Below are positions 17,032-25,003 of a stretch of 32,000 bases of DNA, piece after piece. Location: contig FP565575.1 in NCBI GenBank assembly GCA_000091165.1, positions 1,170,001 through 1,202,000 on the forward strand, written 5' to 3'. The notes beneath the pieces were generated by a model. That model was not told the DNA's origin. It searched no databases and saw only the letters and a program-made list of their open reading frames with translations. Within the stretch, counting starts at the first letter, position 1; each line of letters opens with the position of its first letter. The stretch comes from Candidatus Methylomirabilis oxygeniifera. GTDB taxonomy: Bacteria; Methylomirabilota; Methylomirabilia; Methylomirabilales; Methylomirabilaceae. A program made the translations under genes and the position numbers.

Positions 17032-19114
17032 GCGCCGACTCTTTTCCCAGATAGGCGCCGATCACCCTGGAATCTGCTCTGATCTCTTCCGGCGTCCCTT
17101 CGGCGATTGTAACCCCGTGATCGAGAACCATGATCCGTTCCGAGATGCCCATCACCAGTTTCATATGGTGCTCAATGAGCAGAATCGTGATGCCGCGGGC
17201 GCGAATCGCATAGATCAACTCCATGAGCGCGTTGGTCTCCTGGGGATTCATTCCGGCGGCCGGCTCATCGAGAAGTAGGAGGCTCGGATCGCTTGCCATT
17301 GCTCTCGCGATCTCCAACCGTCGCTGGTCACCATATGGGAGCTGGCTCGCCCATAGATCGCTCTTGTCCTGGAGACCCACGAACCAAAGCAACTCAGCCG
17401 CCTTCGCCACCAACTCCTCCTCTTCCGTGACGACGCTCCTGGGTCTGAAGATGGCACCGACGACAGAAGCGTGCATCCGGCAGTGGCCCCCGACCATGAC
17501 GTTTTCGAGTACCGTCATATCCTGAAACAGTCGGATGTTCTGAAAGGTTCTGGCCACGCCCTTCCCGGCCACATGGTTCGGCTTCACGCCGACCAGGTTC
17601 TCCCCGCGATAGCGGACCTCTCCGGAGGTCGGAGCATAGAGACCTGTCACGCAATTGAAAAAGGTCGTTTTACCCGCCCCGTTAGGACCGATCAAGCTGA
17701 CGATTTCTCCCGCCATAACGCTGAGATCAACCATGTCCAACGCTCGCAACCCACCAAAATCTACCGATAGTTTGCGCGTTTCAAGCAGGATCATACTCGC
17801 CTCTTTCGAGGGTTGTAACGTCGGGTCGGCCTGCCCTGACCCTGTCGAAGGACCCAACCTGAGATCCGTCGAAGTGGCCTGAGGTCCACCCACTACCGCG
17901 GAGCCGGCACACCCCTTACGCCAGAGCGGGACGGTGCGCCGGCGCGCAGTGAGCAGCCCCTTCGGTCGCATCACCATCATCCCAACCATGGCCGCGCCAA
18001 AGACCAACATCCGATACAACGCAAACTGCCGCATCAGCTCCGGCAGGATCAACAGCAGCGCCGCCCCCAGGATCACACCCGGTATGCTGCCCATCCCACC
18101 GAGCGTCACCATACAGAGAACGATCACCGATTCGAAGAAGGTAAAGCTCTCCGGCGAAATGAATGTCATCTTACTCGCGAAGAACACCCCCGCAAGTCCC
18201 GCCCAGGTCGCACCGAGCCCGAATGCGAGGAGCTTGGTCTTGACCAGGTCGATCCCTATCGCTTCGGCGGCAACCTCGTCATCGCGCATCGCGGTCCAGG
18301 CCCGTCCGAGACGCGACTGATTGAGTCGATCAACCGAGAAGATGGTCAGCAGGACGACAGCCAGGATCAGATAGTAATAGTGAATCGGGTGGGAAAAGGT
18401 AAACCCGAAGAGACTCGGACGCGTGATGCCGATGATCCCGTTGGGTCCGCCCGTAAGGCTGTCCCAATTGTTCAACACGATCCGGATCATCTCGCCGAAT
18501 CCCAGCGTGACAATCGCCAGGTAGTCTCCACGCAGGCGCAGGGCCGGGAAGCCGAGCAGGACGCCGAAGACGGCCGCCAGAACCCCTCCAAGCGGCAGAA
18601 CCTGCCAGAACGAGACGTCGGCACGGGTTGCGAGCAGGCCGTAGGCATACGCCCCCACCGCATAAAACGCGATGTAGCCGAGATTCAGCAGCCCTGCCAG
18701 GCCCACGACGATGTTGAGTCCAAGCGCCAGCGTCGCATAGATCCCTACCTGGGTTAACACATCGATGTAATACCGGTTCAGACCAAGGGGGATCACAACC
18801 GCAGCGGCGAACGCCATGAGGTACAGCAGGCGACGGTCGATACGCCGGATCAGGCCACGAAAGGTGGTCCCACCGGCCTCTGCCAGGCGATCCGCCCACA
18901 CTGGTGAGGCTCGTCCCCACTGAGACACGAACCACTGCGCGACGCCGAGCGCCGCCACCACGCCGGTCACGATGACGGGACGTTCCAGACCATAATACGG
19001 CGCCTCCGGATCGATCATCAGAGGCAACGAGAGCAGCCCCAACCACAGACTGGTCAGAACAATTCGCGCAAAAGGGCGGCGGTACCATGGCAGGGAATAC
19101 GACAAGACTCGCAT
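17024..19114 (-). CDS. livM-livG: Fused branched-chain amino acid ABC permease (LivM) and ATPase (LivG)
   Basis: 696 aa. Residues 1 to ~388 are a LivM-type permease. Residues 441-696 are a LivG ATPase (GPNGAGKTT, LPYGDQRRLEIARAM, LLLLDEPAAG). A ~52-aa low-complexity linker joins them with no stop codon. The LivG part keeps its own ATG (17794) and a GAAAGAGG SD. Confidence 0.9.
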   Translation of the reverse strand: MRVLSYSLPWYRRPFARIVLTSLWLGLLSLPLMIDPEAPYYGLERPVIVTGVVAALGVAQWFVSQWGRASPVWADRLAEAGGTTFRGLIRRIDRRLLYLMAFAAAVVIPLGLNRYYIDVLTQVGIYATLALGLNIVVGLAGLLNLGYIAFYAVGAYAYGLLATRADVSFWQVLPLGGVLAAVFGVLLGFPALRLRGDYLAIVTLGFGEMIRIVLNNWDSLTGGPNGIIGITRPSLFGFTFSHPIHYYYLILAVVLLTIFSVDRLNQSRLGRAWTAMRDDEVAAEAIGIDLVKTKLLAFGLGATWAGLAGVFFASKMTFISPESFTFFESVIVLCMVTLGGMGSIPGVILGAALLLILPELMRQFALYRMLVFGAAMVGMMVMRPKGLLTARRRTVPLWRKGCAGSAVVGGPQATSTDLRLGPSTGSGQADPTLQPSKEASMILLETRKLSVDFGGLRALDMVDLSVMAGEIVSLIGPNGAGKTTFFNCVTGLYAPTSGEVRYRGENLVGVKPNHVAGKGVARTFQNIRLFQDMTVLENVMVGGHCRMHASVVGAIFRPRSVVTEEEELVAKAAELLWFVGLQDKSDLWASQLPYGDQRRLEIARAMASDPSLLLLDEPAAGMNPQETNALMELIYAIRARGITILLIEHHMKLVMGISERIMVLDHGVTIAEGTPEEIRADSRVIGAYLGKESAHA
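17832..17895. repeat. Degenerate ~21-nt tandem repeat (REP-like) inside the livM-livG linker
   Basis: Three units are visible: CCTGACCCTGTCGAAGG, CCTGAGATCCGTCGAAG and CCTGAGGTCC. One frame of the reverse complement reads FDGSQVGSFDRVRAG, and the used frame reads STDLRLGPSTGSGQA. Confidence 0.45.
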
Positions 19115-19170
19115 GGTTATCCTAGTACGTACTTGCCATAATCGGCGTCATACACCGGTCCTCCCGGCGT

Positions 19171-19337
19171 GTCATTGCGAGCGTAGCGAAGCAATCTGAC
19201 CTGCACGTAACCCGTTGAGATCGCCCAGAACGCCTCCTGTTCGCGTCATTGCGAGGCGAAGCCGAAGCAATCTCGCCGTTCTTCGCAGTACCACATACGG
19301 TGAGATTGCTGCGCTCCCGTTGGTCGCTCGCAATGAC
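19171..19337. repeat. Three copies (two direct, one inverted) of a GTCATTGCGAG...GCAATCT REP/MITE-like element in the livH-livM spacer
   Basis: Copy A at 19171-19198 is GTCATTGCGAGCGTAGCGAAGCAATCTG. Copy B at 19245-19275 is GTCATTGCGAGGCGAAGCCGAAGCAATCTCG. Copy C at 19303-19337 is inverted, with reverse complement GTCATTGCGAGCGACCAACGGGAGCGCAGCAATCTC. Copies B and C can pair as a long hairpin. Confidence 0.75.
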
Positions 19338-19416
19338 GGACTCTGCTGCACAAGGTGTTGCGAAGGGAACCCCTAGGAGCAGATTCATAGAACGTGTCTA
19401 TTTGCAGCAAAGCGCT

Positions 19417-20319
19417 CTAGGCGCGTTTGGAGGTGTCGGCGCCTAACAGGCCCCTGGGGCGAAAGATCAGCACAAGAATCAAAATGGCGAACGCGAATAC
19501 GTCTTTGTACTCGCTGGAGATATAGCCGGCGCCGAGACTCTCAATGAGACCCAGCAGCACCCCCCCGAGCATCGCGCCGGGAATGCTGCCGATCCCCCCC
19601 AGCACTGCGGCGGTAAAGGCCTTGACTCCGGCGATGTAGCCGATATAGAAATTGATCAAACCATAGTACATCCCGACCATCACTCCCGCCACTGCCGCGA
19701 GCGCCGATCCGATCAGGAACGTCACGCTGATCACCCGGTTCACATCGATGCCGACCAGGCTGGCCATCTGTTTATCCTGGGCCGTTGCCCGCATCGCCTT
19801 GCCGATCCTGGTCCGACGCACCAGCAGGTGCAGCCCCACCATCATCAGGACCGAGGTAGCCATGATGAAGAGTTGGATTGCGCTGATCCTGCCTCCCGGC
19901 AGGTCGATCCCACCCTGTATGAACAGCTCCGGGAATCCCTTATCCCTGGGGCCCTGGGCCAGCATGACAAAGTTCTGCAGAAAGATAGAGACCCCAAGGG
20001 CGCTGATGAGGGGGGACAAACGCGGGGCCGTGCGCAGGGGCCGGTAGGCCAGCCGTTCGATGGTGATGCCGCAGGCGCCGCAGAACAGGATCGCCGCAAT
20101 CATCATGCAGACGAGGGTGACGGCGGAATCGGGGGATGTCAGATGCAGCGTGGTCAGGAGGCTGAAGGTCACGATCCCGATATAGGCACCCAACATGTAC
20201 ACTTCGCCGTGGGCAAAGTTGATCAGCTCGATGATCCCGTAGACCATCGTATAGCCTAGCGCGATCAGCGCATAGACACTGCCGAGCGTCAACCCGTTCA
20301 CCAACTGTTGAAGCAGCAT
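19417..20319 (-). CDS. livH: Branched-chain amino acid ABC transporter permease LivH
   Basis: 300 aa; MLLQQLVNGLTLGSVYALIALGYTMVYG is the canonical LivH N-terminus. ATG at 20319 with a GAGGGGA SD. Confidence 0.93.
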   Translation of the reverse strand: MLLQQLVNGLTLGSVYALIALGYTMVYGIIELINFAHGEVYMLGAYIGIVTFSLLTTLHLTSPDSAVTLVCMMIAAILFCGACGITIERLAYRPLRTAPRLSPLISALGVSIFLQNFVMLAQGPRDKGFPELFIQGGIDLPGGRISAIQLFIMATSVLMMVGLHLLVRRTRIGKAMRATAQDKQMASLVGIDVNRVISVTFLIGSALAAVAGVMVGMYYGLINFYIGYIAGVKAFTAAVLGGIGSIPGAMLGGVLLGLIESLGAGYISSEYKDVFAFAILILVLIFRPRGLLGADTSKRA

Positions 20320-20370
20320 CTCCCCTCAATACAAAGAGAGGGAAGAGATCGCTCCCTTCCCCTCCTTTTT

Positions 20371-20386
20371 AGAATACGCGTATTCT
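20371..20386. other. Perfect 16-bp palindrome between the SBP gene and livH
   Basis: AGAATACGCGTATTCT is exactly self-complementary and sits in the 74-nt gap next to a GGGAAG/CTTCCC hairpin. It could be an operator or an mRNA-processing/attenuation hairpin. Confidence 0.3.
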
Positions 20387-20393
20387 TTCCCGC

Positions 20394-21506
20394 CTACCGA
20401 AGTTCCACAAACTTTCCGTTCTTTACCTCCCAGACGACGTAGGGCGATATGAGTACGTCGCCCTTCTTATCGAACTCAATCGGTCCGAGGGCGGTTTTCC
20501 ATTTCGTCTGCTTGATATAGTCCGCGATCTTGACGCTATCGGTCGATTGAGTCGCGGCAATCGCATCAAAGAGCAGCACGGCAGCCACATAACTGTACAC
20601 GGTGTAGGCCCCCACCGCGGTCTCGAACTTTTCTTTATGTCGCCGAATCACTCCCTGGGCTTCCTTGATCTTCGTCTGGTCCGGGGTGAAGGTGATAAAG
20701 GCACCTTCCGCAGCCTTTCCGCCGATCTCAATGAACTCCTTGGCCCAAACGCCGTCGCCGCTGACAAAGATCGTTTTCATCCCCAGCTCGCGCATCTGCT
20801 TGGTAAGCAGGACGGCCTCCGGGTAGATGCCGCCATAAAAGAGGACCTCCGGATCACTCTGCTTAACGGCGGTCAGAACCGGTCGGTAGTCTTTATCACC
20901 CTGCGTGATGCTGCCGTAATAGACCGGTTTGGTCTTGGCCTTTTCCAGCGCCTTCACCGTTTCATCGGCCAGTCCCTGTCCGTAGGTGGTCTTGTCGTGC
21001 AGGACCACGACCTTGGTCTTCTTCAGCTTCTTCACAATGAAGTCGGCCGCCACACCACCCTGCTGGTCGTCTCGCCCGCATACGCGAAAGACGTTCCACA
21101 GGCCGCGCTCCGTGAATCGCGGATTCGTCGACGCGGGCGTAAGCTGGACAACCTTACCATCGCGATAGATGGTGGAAGCCGGAATCGAGCAACTGCTGTT
21201 GAAATGGCCGATCACCCCGACAACCCCTTCATTCACGAACTTATTCGCGACCGCAACGGCCTGCTTCGGATCGTGTTGATCGTCACCCCAGACAATCTCA
21301 ATCTTCTGTCCGAGCAGCCCGCCTTTGGCGTTCCACTCCTCCACGGCAATGATGGCGCCATTCTTCAGCTCCAGCCCCAACGCACCTTGATCGCCCGTTA
21401 GTGGACCGGCCACACCAACCTTTATCGTACCGGCCGCGTGGGCGTTTACGGCGATGAGCAGGATAAACGCGAGAGCGTTCCACAAACACAACCACCGCCG
21501 TCCCAT
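20394..21506 (-). CDS. Branched-chain amino acid ABC transporter substrate-binding protein (LivK/LivJ-like), Lys-rich paralog
   Basis: Signal peptide MGRRWLCLWNALAFILLIAVNAHAAG, followed by GVAGPLTGD and FRVCGRDDQQG. Start placed at ATG 21506 (GGGGGGAA SD) rather than the track start at 21587. Confidence 0.9.
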   Translation of the reverse strand: MGRRWLCLWNALAFILLIAVNAHAAGTIKVGVAGPLTGDQGALGLELKNGAIIAVEEWNAKGGLLGQKIEIVWGDDQHDPKQAVAVANKFVNEGVVGVIGHFNSSCSIPASTIYRDGKVVQLTPASTNPRFTERGLWNVFRVCGRDDQQGGVAADFIVKKLKKTKVVVLHDKTTYGQGLADETVKALEKAKTKPVYYGSITQGDKDYRPVLTAVKQSDPEVLFYGGIYPEAVLLTKQMRELGMKTIFVSGDGVWAKEFIEIGGKAAEGAFITFTPDQTKIKEAQGVIRRHKEKFETAVGAYTVYSYVAAVLLFDAIAATQSTDSVKIADYIKQTKWKTALGPIEFDKKGDVLISPYVVWEVKNGKFVELR

Positions 21507-21614
21507 TCGGTTCCCCCCTATTGAAGTCGTGGCAATACGACAATTCTGCGCAACGGATCCCAGTTTCAATAAACATCGCACCGACAAGTACTTACAATGG
21601 CAACCTTATTGTTG

Positions 21615-21644
21615 ACTATAGAGATATTGCGAAAGGGCTATCAA
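21615..21644 (-). promoter_or_regulatory. Candidate sigma70 promoter for the liv operon
   Basis: Minus strand reads TTGATA (21639-21644), an 18-nt spacer, then TATAGT (21615-21620). It lies in the 152-nt gap after thiE and implies a leader of about 100 nt. Confidence 0.4.
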
Positions 21645-21658
21645 TGACCTTCTCTGTA

Positions 21659-22303
21659 TCAGTGTTTGCCCTCCACTTGCCGAATCGCGGTCGCGAAGGC
21701 CTGTGTCGCTGCTGTAATGTCGTCAGCGCCAACGATCGCCGAGATCACCGCAACGCCAGTCGCCCCGGCGGCCATGGCCTCTCCGACGTTGCTCAATGCG
21801 ATGCCGCCGATGGCGATCAGCGGCAGATCAATTCGGGCGCGCAGTTGTCGAATGATGTCGCAGCCCCTTGGTTCGTATCCGGTCGCCTTGGTGCCGGTTG
21901 CAAAGATCGGCCCGATGCCGAGATAATCCGCCCCCTGCTCTGCCGCCTCAAGAGCCTGCTCAAGGGAGTGGGTAGAAACCCCCAGAACCTTGTTGGTCCC
22001 CAGGACAGCCCGGGCAGCGTGAGGCGGCAGGTCGTCCTGTCCAAGGTGGACCCCATCGGCATCGGCGGCGAGCGCCAGGTCCAGTCTATCGTTGACAATG
22101 AAGCGGACGCCGCGCTCCCGGCATAGTCGGGCGATCCGACGCGCATCGGATAACAACTGACGGGGACCGGCGGCTTTGTCCCGGAGCTGGATCATCGTTG
22201 CGCCGCCGTCTATGGCTCGCGCCGCGATGTCGAAGTGGCTCAGCCCGTGTCCCAACTGACGGTTGGTAATGACGCACAGGCGACACGCCTGCGGAGCGAT
22301 CAC
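21659..22303 (-). CDS. thiE: Thiamine-phosphate synthase
   Basis: 214 aa; LCVITNRQ, GGATMIQLRDK, VNDRLDLALAADADGVHLGQDD and GVSTH are present. GTG start at 22303, 5 nt after the efp stop. Confidence 0.92.
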   Translation of the reverse strand: MIAPQACRLCVITNRQLGHGLSHFDIAARAIDGGATMIQLRDKAAGPRQLLSDARRIARLCRERGVRFIVNDRLDLALAADADGVHLGQDDLPPHAARAVLGTNKVLGVSTHSLEQALEAAEQGADYLGIGPIFATGTKATGYEPRGCDIIRQLRARIDLPLIAIGGIALSNVGEAMAAGATGVAVISAIVGADDITAATQAFATAIRQVEGKH

Positions 22304-22308
22304 AGGTC

Positions 22309-22869
22309 TCAGGCGCGCTCGACGTAGGCGCCGGTGCGGGTGTCGACGCGCAGGAGATCGCCGATGTTAATGAACAGCGGCACCTGGATCGTGGCACCTG
22401 TTTCGAGTGTCGCCGGCTTGGAGCCACCGGACGTGGTGTCGCCACGGAACCCGGGTTCGGTCTCTGTGACCCTGAGTTCAACGAAGGTCGGAAGTACCAC
22501 CTCGATCGGTTCCCCGCGATGGCTGAGGACGGAAATGATCATCTCTTCCTTGAGGAAGCCGCTCGCGTCTCCGAGCAGTTTTTCGTCCAGCGTGAACTGC
22601 TCGAAATTCCCGGTATCCATGAAGTGGTAGACATCACCGTCGTGGTAGAGAAATTGCACCTTGCGATCCTCCACCTCCGCCTTCGGGAGCTTCTCCTCAG
22701 TCCTGAAGGTGCGGTCAATGATGGCGCCGGTCTTCATATTCTTCAGCTTGGTGCGCATGAAGGCACCGCCTTTTCCTGGCTTGACCCACTGAAAGTCTGT
22801 GACAATGAAGGGGCTTCCATCCAATTCGACCTTCACCCCAGGACGCAGATCTCCTCCGGAAATCATCAT
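22309..22869 (-). CDS. efp: Elongation factor P
   Basis: 186 aa; DLRPGVKVELDGSPFIVTDFQWVKPGKGGAFMRTKLKNMKTG includes the conserved KPGKG loop. ATG-ATG at 22869/22866 with a GGAGAAAAGAG SD. Confidence 0.96.
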   Translation of the reverse strand: MMISGGDLRPGVKVELDGSPFIVTDFQWVKPGKGGAFMRTKLKNMKTGAIIDRTFRTEEKLPKAEVEDRKVQFLYHDGDVYHFMDTGNFEQFTLDEKLLGDASGFLKEEMIISVLSHRGEPIEVVLPTFVELRVTETEPGFRGDTTSGGSKPATLETGATIQVPLFINIGDLLRVDTRTGAYVERA

Positions 22870-22908
22870 CTCTTTTCTCCATGGATAAACGGGACCTGAG
22901 CATTCATC

Positions 22909-23379
22909 TCACAATCCCTTTTGATCGAGTAGCTGAAGGGCAGCCTCCAATCCCAGGCGATAACTAAAGGCCCCGAATCCAGTGATTTGCCCGACGGCAA
23001 CATCAGCGATGAAAGAACGATGACGAAACTCTTCGCGACGATAGATGTTTGACAGATGTACCTCGATGGCAGGGATGGCCGCGCCAACGATCGCATCCCG
23101 CAGCCCCACGCTCGAATGCGTCAACCCGGCTGCGTTCACAATCATCACATCGGCCCATCCTATAGCGTGGTGGATCGCATCGATGAGCTCGCCCTCGTGG
23201 TTCGACTGAATAAAACGGATCTCGACCCCTCGTGATGCCGCGCAGGATTTCAGTTCATCCTCAATCTCTTTCAGCGTCGTACGACCATACTGGTCCGGTT
23301 CTCGACGCCCCAATAGGTTCAAGTTGGGACCGTTCAATACCAGGATCCGTCTTCCGGCGCCGGGCGTTGCGTCATTCAT
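22909..23379 (-). CDS. aroQ: Type II 3-dehydroquinate dehydratase
   Basis: ILVLNGPNLNLLGRREPDQYG, QSNHEGELID and SNIYRREEFRH are present. Start placed at ATG 23379, 1 nt after the aroB stop, rather than the track start at 23400. Confidence 0.93.
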   Translation of the reverse strand: MNDATPGAGRRILVLNGPNLNLLGRREPDQYGRTTLKEIEDELKSCAASRGVEIRFIQSNHEGELIDAIHHAIGWADVMIVNAAGLTHSSVGLRDAIVGAAIPAIEVHLSNIYRREEFRHRSFIADVAVGQITGFGAFSYRLGLEAALQLLDQKGL

Positions 23380-23380
23380 C

Positions 23381-24475
23381 TCACACGCTCCATACTTCAC
23401 GGAGGGCAGCCTTCAACTCACCGAGGTCCGAAATAGCCGCCAATACCACATGGCCGATCCCTTTGGTTAAGACAAAATATATCATCTTATTTCTTACCTT
23501 TTTATCACAACGCATTGTTTGTACGAGACTTTTCGTATCAACAGAACCACTTGTCGGGAGTCCAATCCTCATCAGGAGCGTCCGTAACCGATCCAGATCT
23601 TCGCGTTCGCACAGCCCGCGTTTTACCGACAACATCGTCGCCGCCACCATGCCGATTGCAATTGCCTCACCATGAAGAAGTCGTTGGTATCCTCCGGTAG
23701 TTTCGAGGGCGTGGCCCACCGTATGTCCGAAGTTGAGGATTGCGCGCATTCCCTCCTCTCGTTCATCCTGTTCGACGACGCGCGCCTTAATCGCGCATGA
23801 GCGGGTTACGACATGGGTCAGGGATTCTTGCTCTGCGCGTAGGATCGAATCCAGGTGCGTTTCAACGTACCCGAACAGCTCCCGGTCGGTAATCATCCCG
23901 TATTTTACCACCTCGGCCAGCCCCGCCCGCATCTGTCGCGGCGGCAGTGACTTGATGGTCTCAACGTCAGCCACGACCAGCGAGGGTTGGTAGAAGGAGC
24001 CGACGAGGTTCTTTCCTGCCGGCAGATTGACGGCAACCTTCCCGCCGACGCTGCTGTCCACTTGAGCCAGGAGCGTCGTTGGAACCTGAACCAACGGGAC
24101 GCCGCGCAGAAAGGTCGCTGCCGCAAATCCAGCGAGATCGCCGATTACCCCCCCGCCCAGAGCGACCACGGCGGAGCGGCGATCCATTCGGTGCTGTAAG
24201 AACGTCCGATACAGACCGGCCGCCTGACGCAACGACTTGGCCCGTTCTCCTGCCGGAATCTCTGTAACGGCTACCTGGAACCCGGCCTTGCGGAGTGAGG
24301 CCGACACCGTGGCTCCGTAGAGGCGACCGACTATAGGATTCGTCGCGATCATCACTCGCCTGCCGGGCAGCAGCTCACGGCAGAGGGTACCCAGTTGCTT
24401 CAGCAGCCCACTGCCGATCACAATGTCGTAACTCCGGCTGCCGAGCGCGACAGGGACTCTGACTGTACTGCTCAT
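23381..24475 (-). CDS. aroB: 3-dehydroquinate synthase
   Basis: 364 aa; GGGVIGDLAGFAAATFLRGVPLVQVPTTLLAQVDSSVGGK and NFGHTVGHALE are present. The ATG overlaps the aroK stop as ATGA. Confidence 0.95.
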   Translation of the reverse strand: MSSTVRVPVALGSRSYDIVIGSGLLKQLGTLCRELLPGRRVMIATNPIVGRLYGATVSASLRKAGFQVAVTEIPAGERAKSLRQAAGLYRTFLQHRMDRRSAVVALGGGVIGDLAGFAAATFLRGVPLVQVPTTLLAQVDSSVGGKVAVNLPAGKNLVGSFYQPSLVVADVETIKSLPPRQMRAGLAEVVKYGMITDRELFGYVETHLDSILRAEQESLTHVVTRSCAIKARVVEQDEREEGMRAILNFGHTVGHALETTGGYQRLLHGEAIAIGMVAATMLSVKRGLCEREDLDRLRTLLMRIGLPTSGSVDTKSLVQTMRCDKKVRNKMIYFVLTKGIGHVVLAAISDLGELKAALREVWSV

Positions 24476-25002
24476 GACTCTCTATCCAGACTCGCAACCG
24501 GTTCCGGGCACAGACGGCGCACGATTCGATCGACGATCTCCTCTACGCCCGCCTCGCTCGTGTCAATGGAGAGATCCGCCTGGGCATATGCAGAAGATCG
24601 CTGCTTCAGCAGCTCGCGGATAGTAGCGAGCCGATCGGGAGTGTGTAACAGGGGACGATACGTGTCGGTTCCCAGCCGCCGCAGAATAACAGCGGGCTCA
24701 GCCGCAAGGCAGACGAGAACGGCTCCGTTTCTGAGATTCCGGACATTCTCGGGATCGAGTACGGCGCCGCCGCCTGTGGCAATTACGCAACGCCCGCGAT
24801 TCGCCAGGCTCGCAATCACCTCCCGTTCTCTCCGCCTGAAACCGGGCTCTCCCTCTGAGGCGAAAATCTCCGGGATCGTCATGCCCGCCGCCGCCTCAAT
24901 CGCGACGTCCAGATCGATAAAGGGCAATGCGAGCCGTTCCGCCAGTCGACAGCCTACCGCACTCTTCCCTGTTCCCATGAATCCGGTGAGCACAATTTTC
25001 AT
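24472..25002 (-). CDS. aroK: Shikimate kinase
   Basis: MKIVLTGFMGTGKSAVG supplies the Walker A motif, with FIDLD and GGGAV also present. Start placed at ATG 25002, 1 nt after the aroC stop. Confidence 0.92.
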   Translation of the reverse strand: MKIVLTGFMGTGKSAVGCRLAERLALPFIDLDVAIEAAAGMTIPEIFASEGEPGFRRREREVIASLANRGRCVIATGGGAVLDPENVRNLRNGAVLVCLAAEPAVILRRLGTDTYRPLLHTPDRLATIRELLKQRSSAYAQADLSIDTSEAGVEEIVDRIVRRLCPEPVASLDRES

Positions 25003-25003
25003 A

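Noticed and set aside
18330-19088. 252-aa minus-strand ORF in an alternative frame
   Set aside because: It lies entirely inside the livM portion in another frame. It is Arg/Gly/Pro-rich, whereas the LivM frame is clearly homologous to the permease family.
19171-19337. Possible CRISPR array
   Set aside because: There are only three copies, one of them inverted. Unit lengths and spacings are unequal, and no cas genes or leader are present. This is a REP/MITE-like repeat instead.
19122-19388. 88-aa minus-strand ORF in the livH-livM spacer
   Set aside because: It is a translation of the GTCATTGCGAG-type repeats (…ASPRNDA…, …FATLAMT…). It has no SD, and I treat the region as a repeat rather than a gene.
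20547-21401. 284-aa plus-strand ORF
   Set aside because: It is antisense to the LivK-like binding protein gene and has no motifs.
21507-21587. 27-aa extension of the Lys-rich SBP
   Set aside because: The signal peptide begins at MGRRW (ATG 21506) with a strong GGGGGGAA SD, and the extension adds nothing signal-like.
22304-22308. TPP riboswitch upstream of thiE
   Set aside because: Only 5 nt separate the efp stop from the thiE start, leaving no room for a riboswitch. thiE appears to be co-transcribed with efp.
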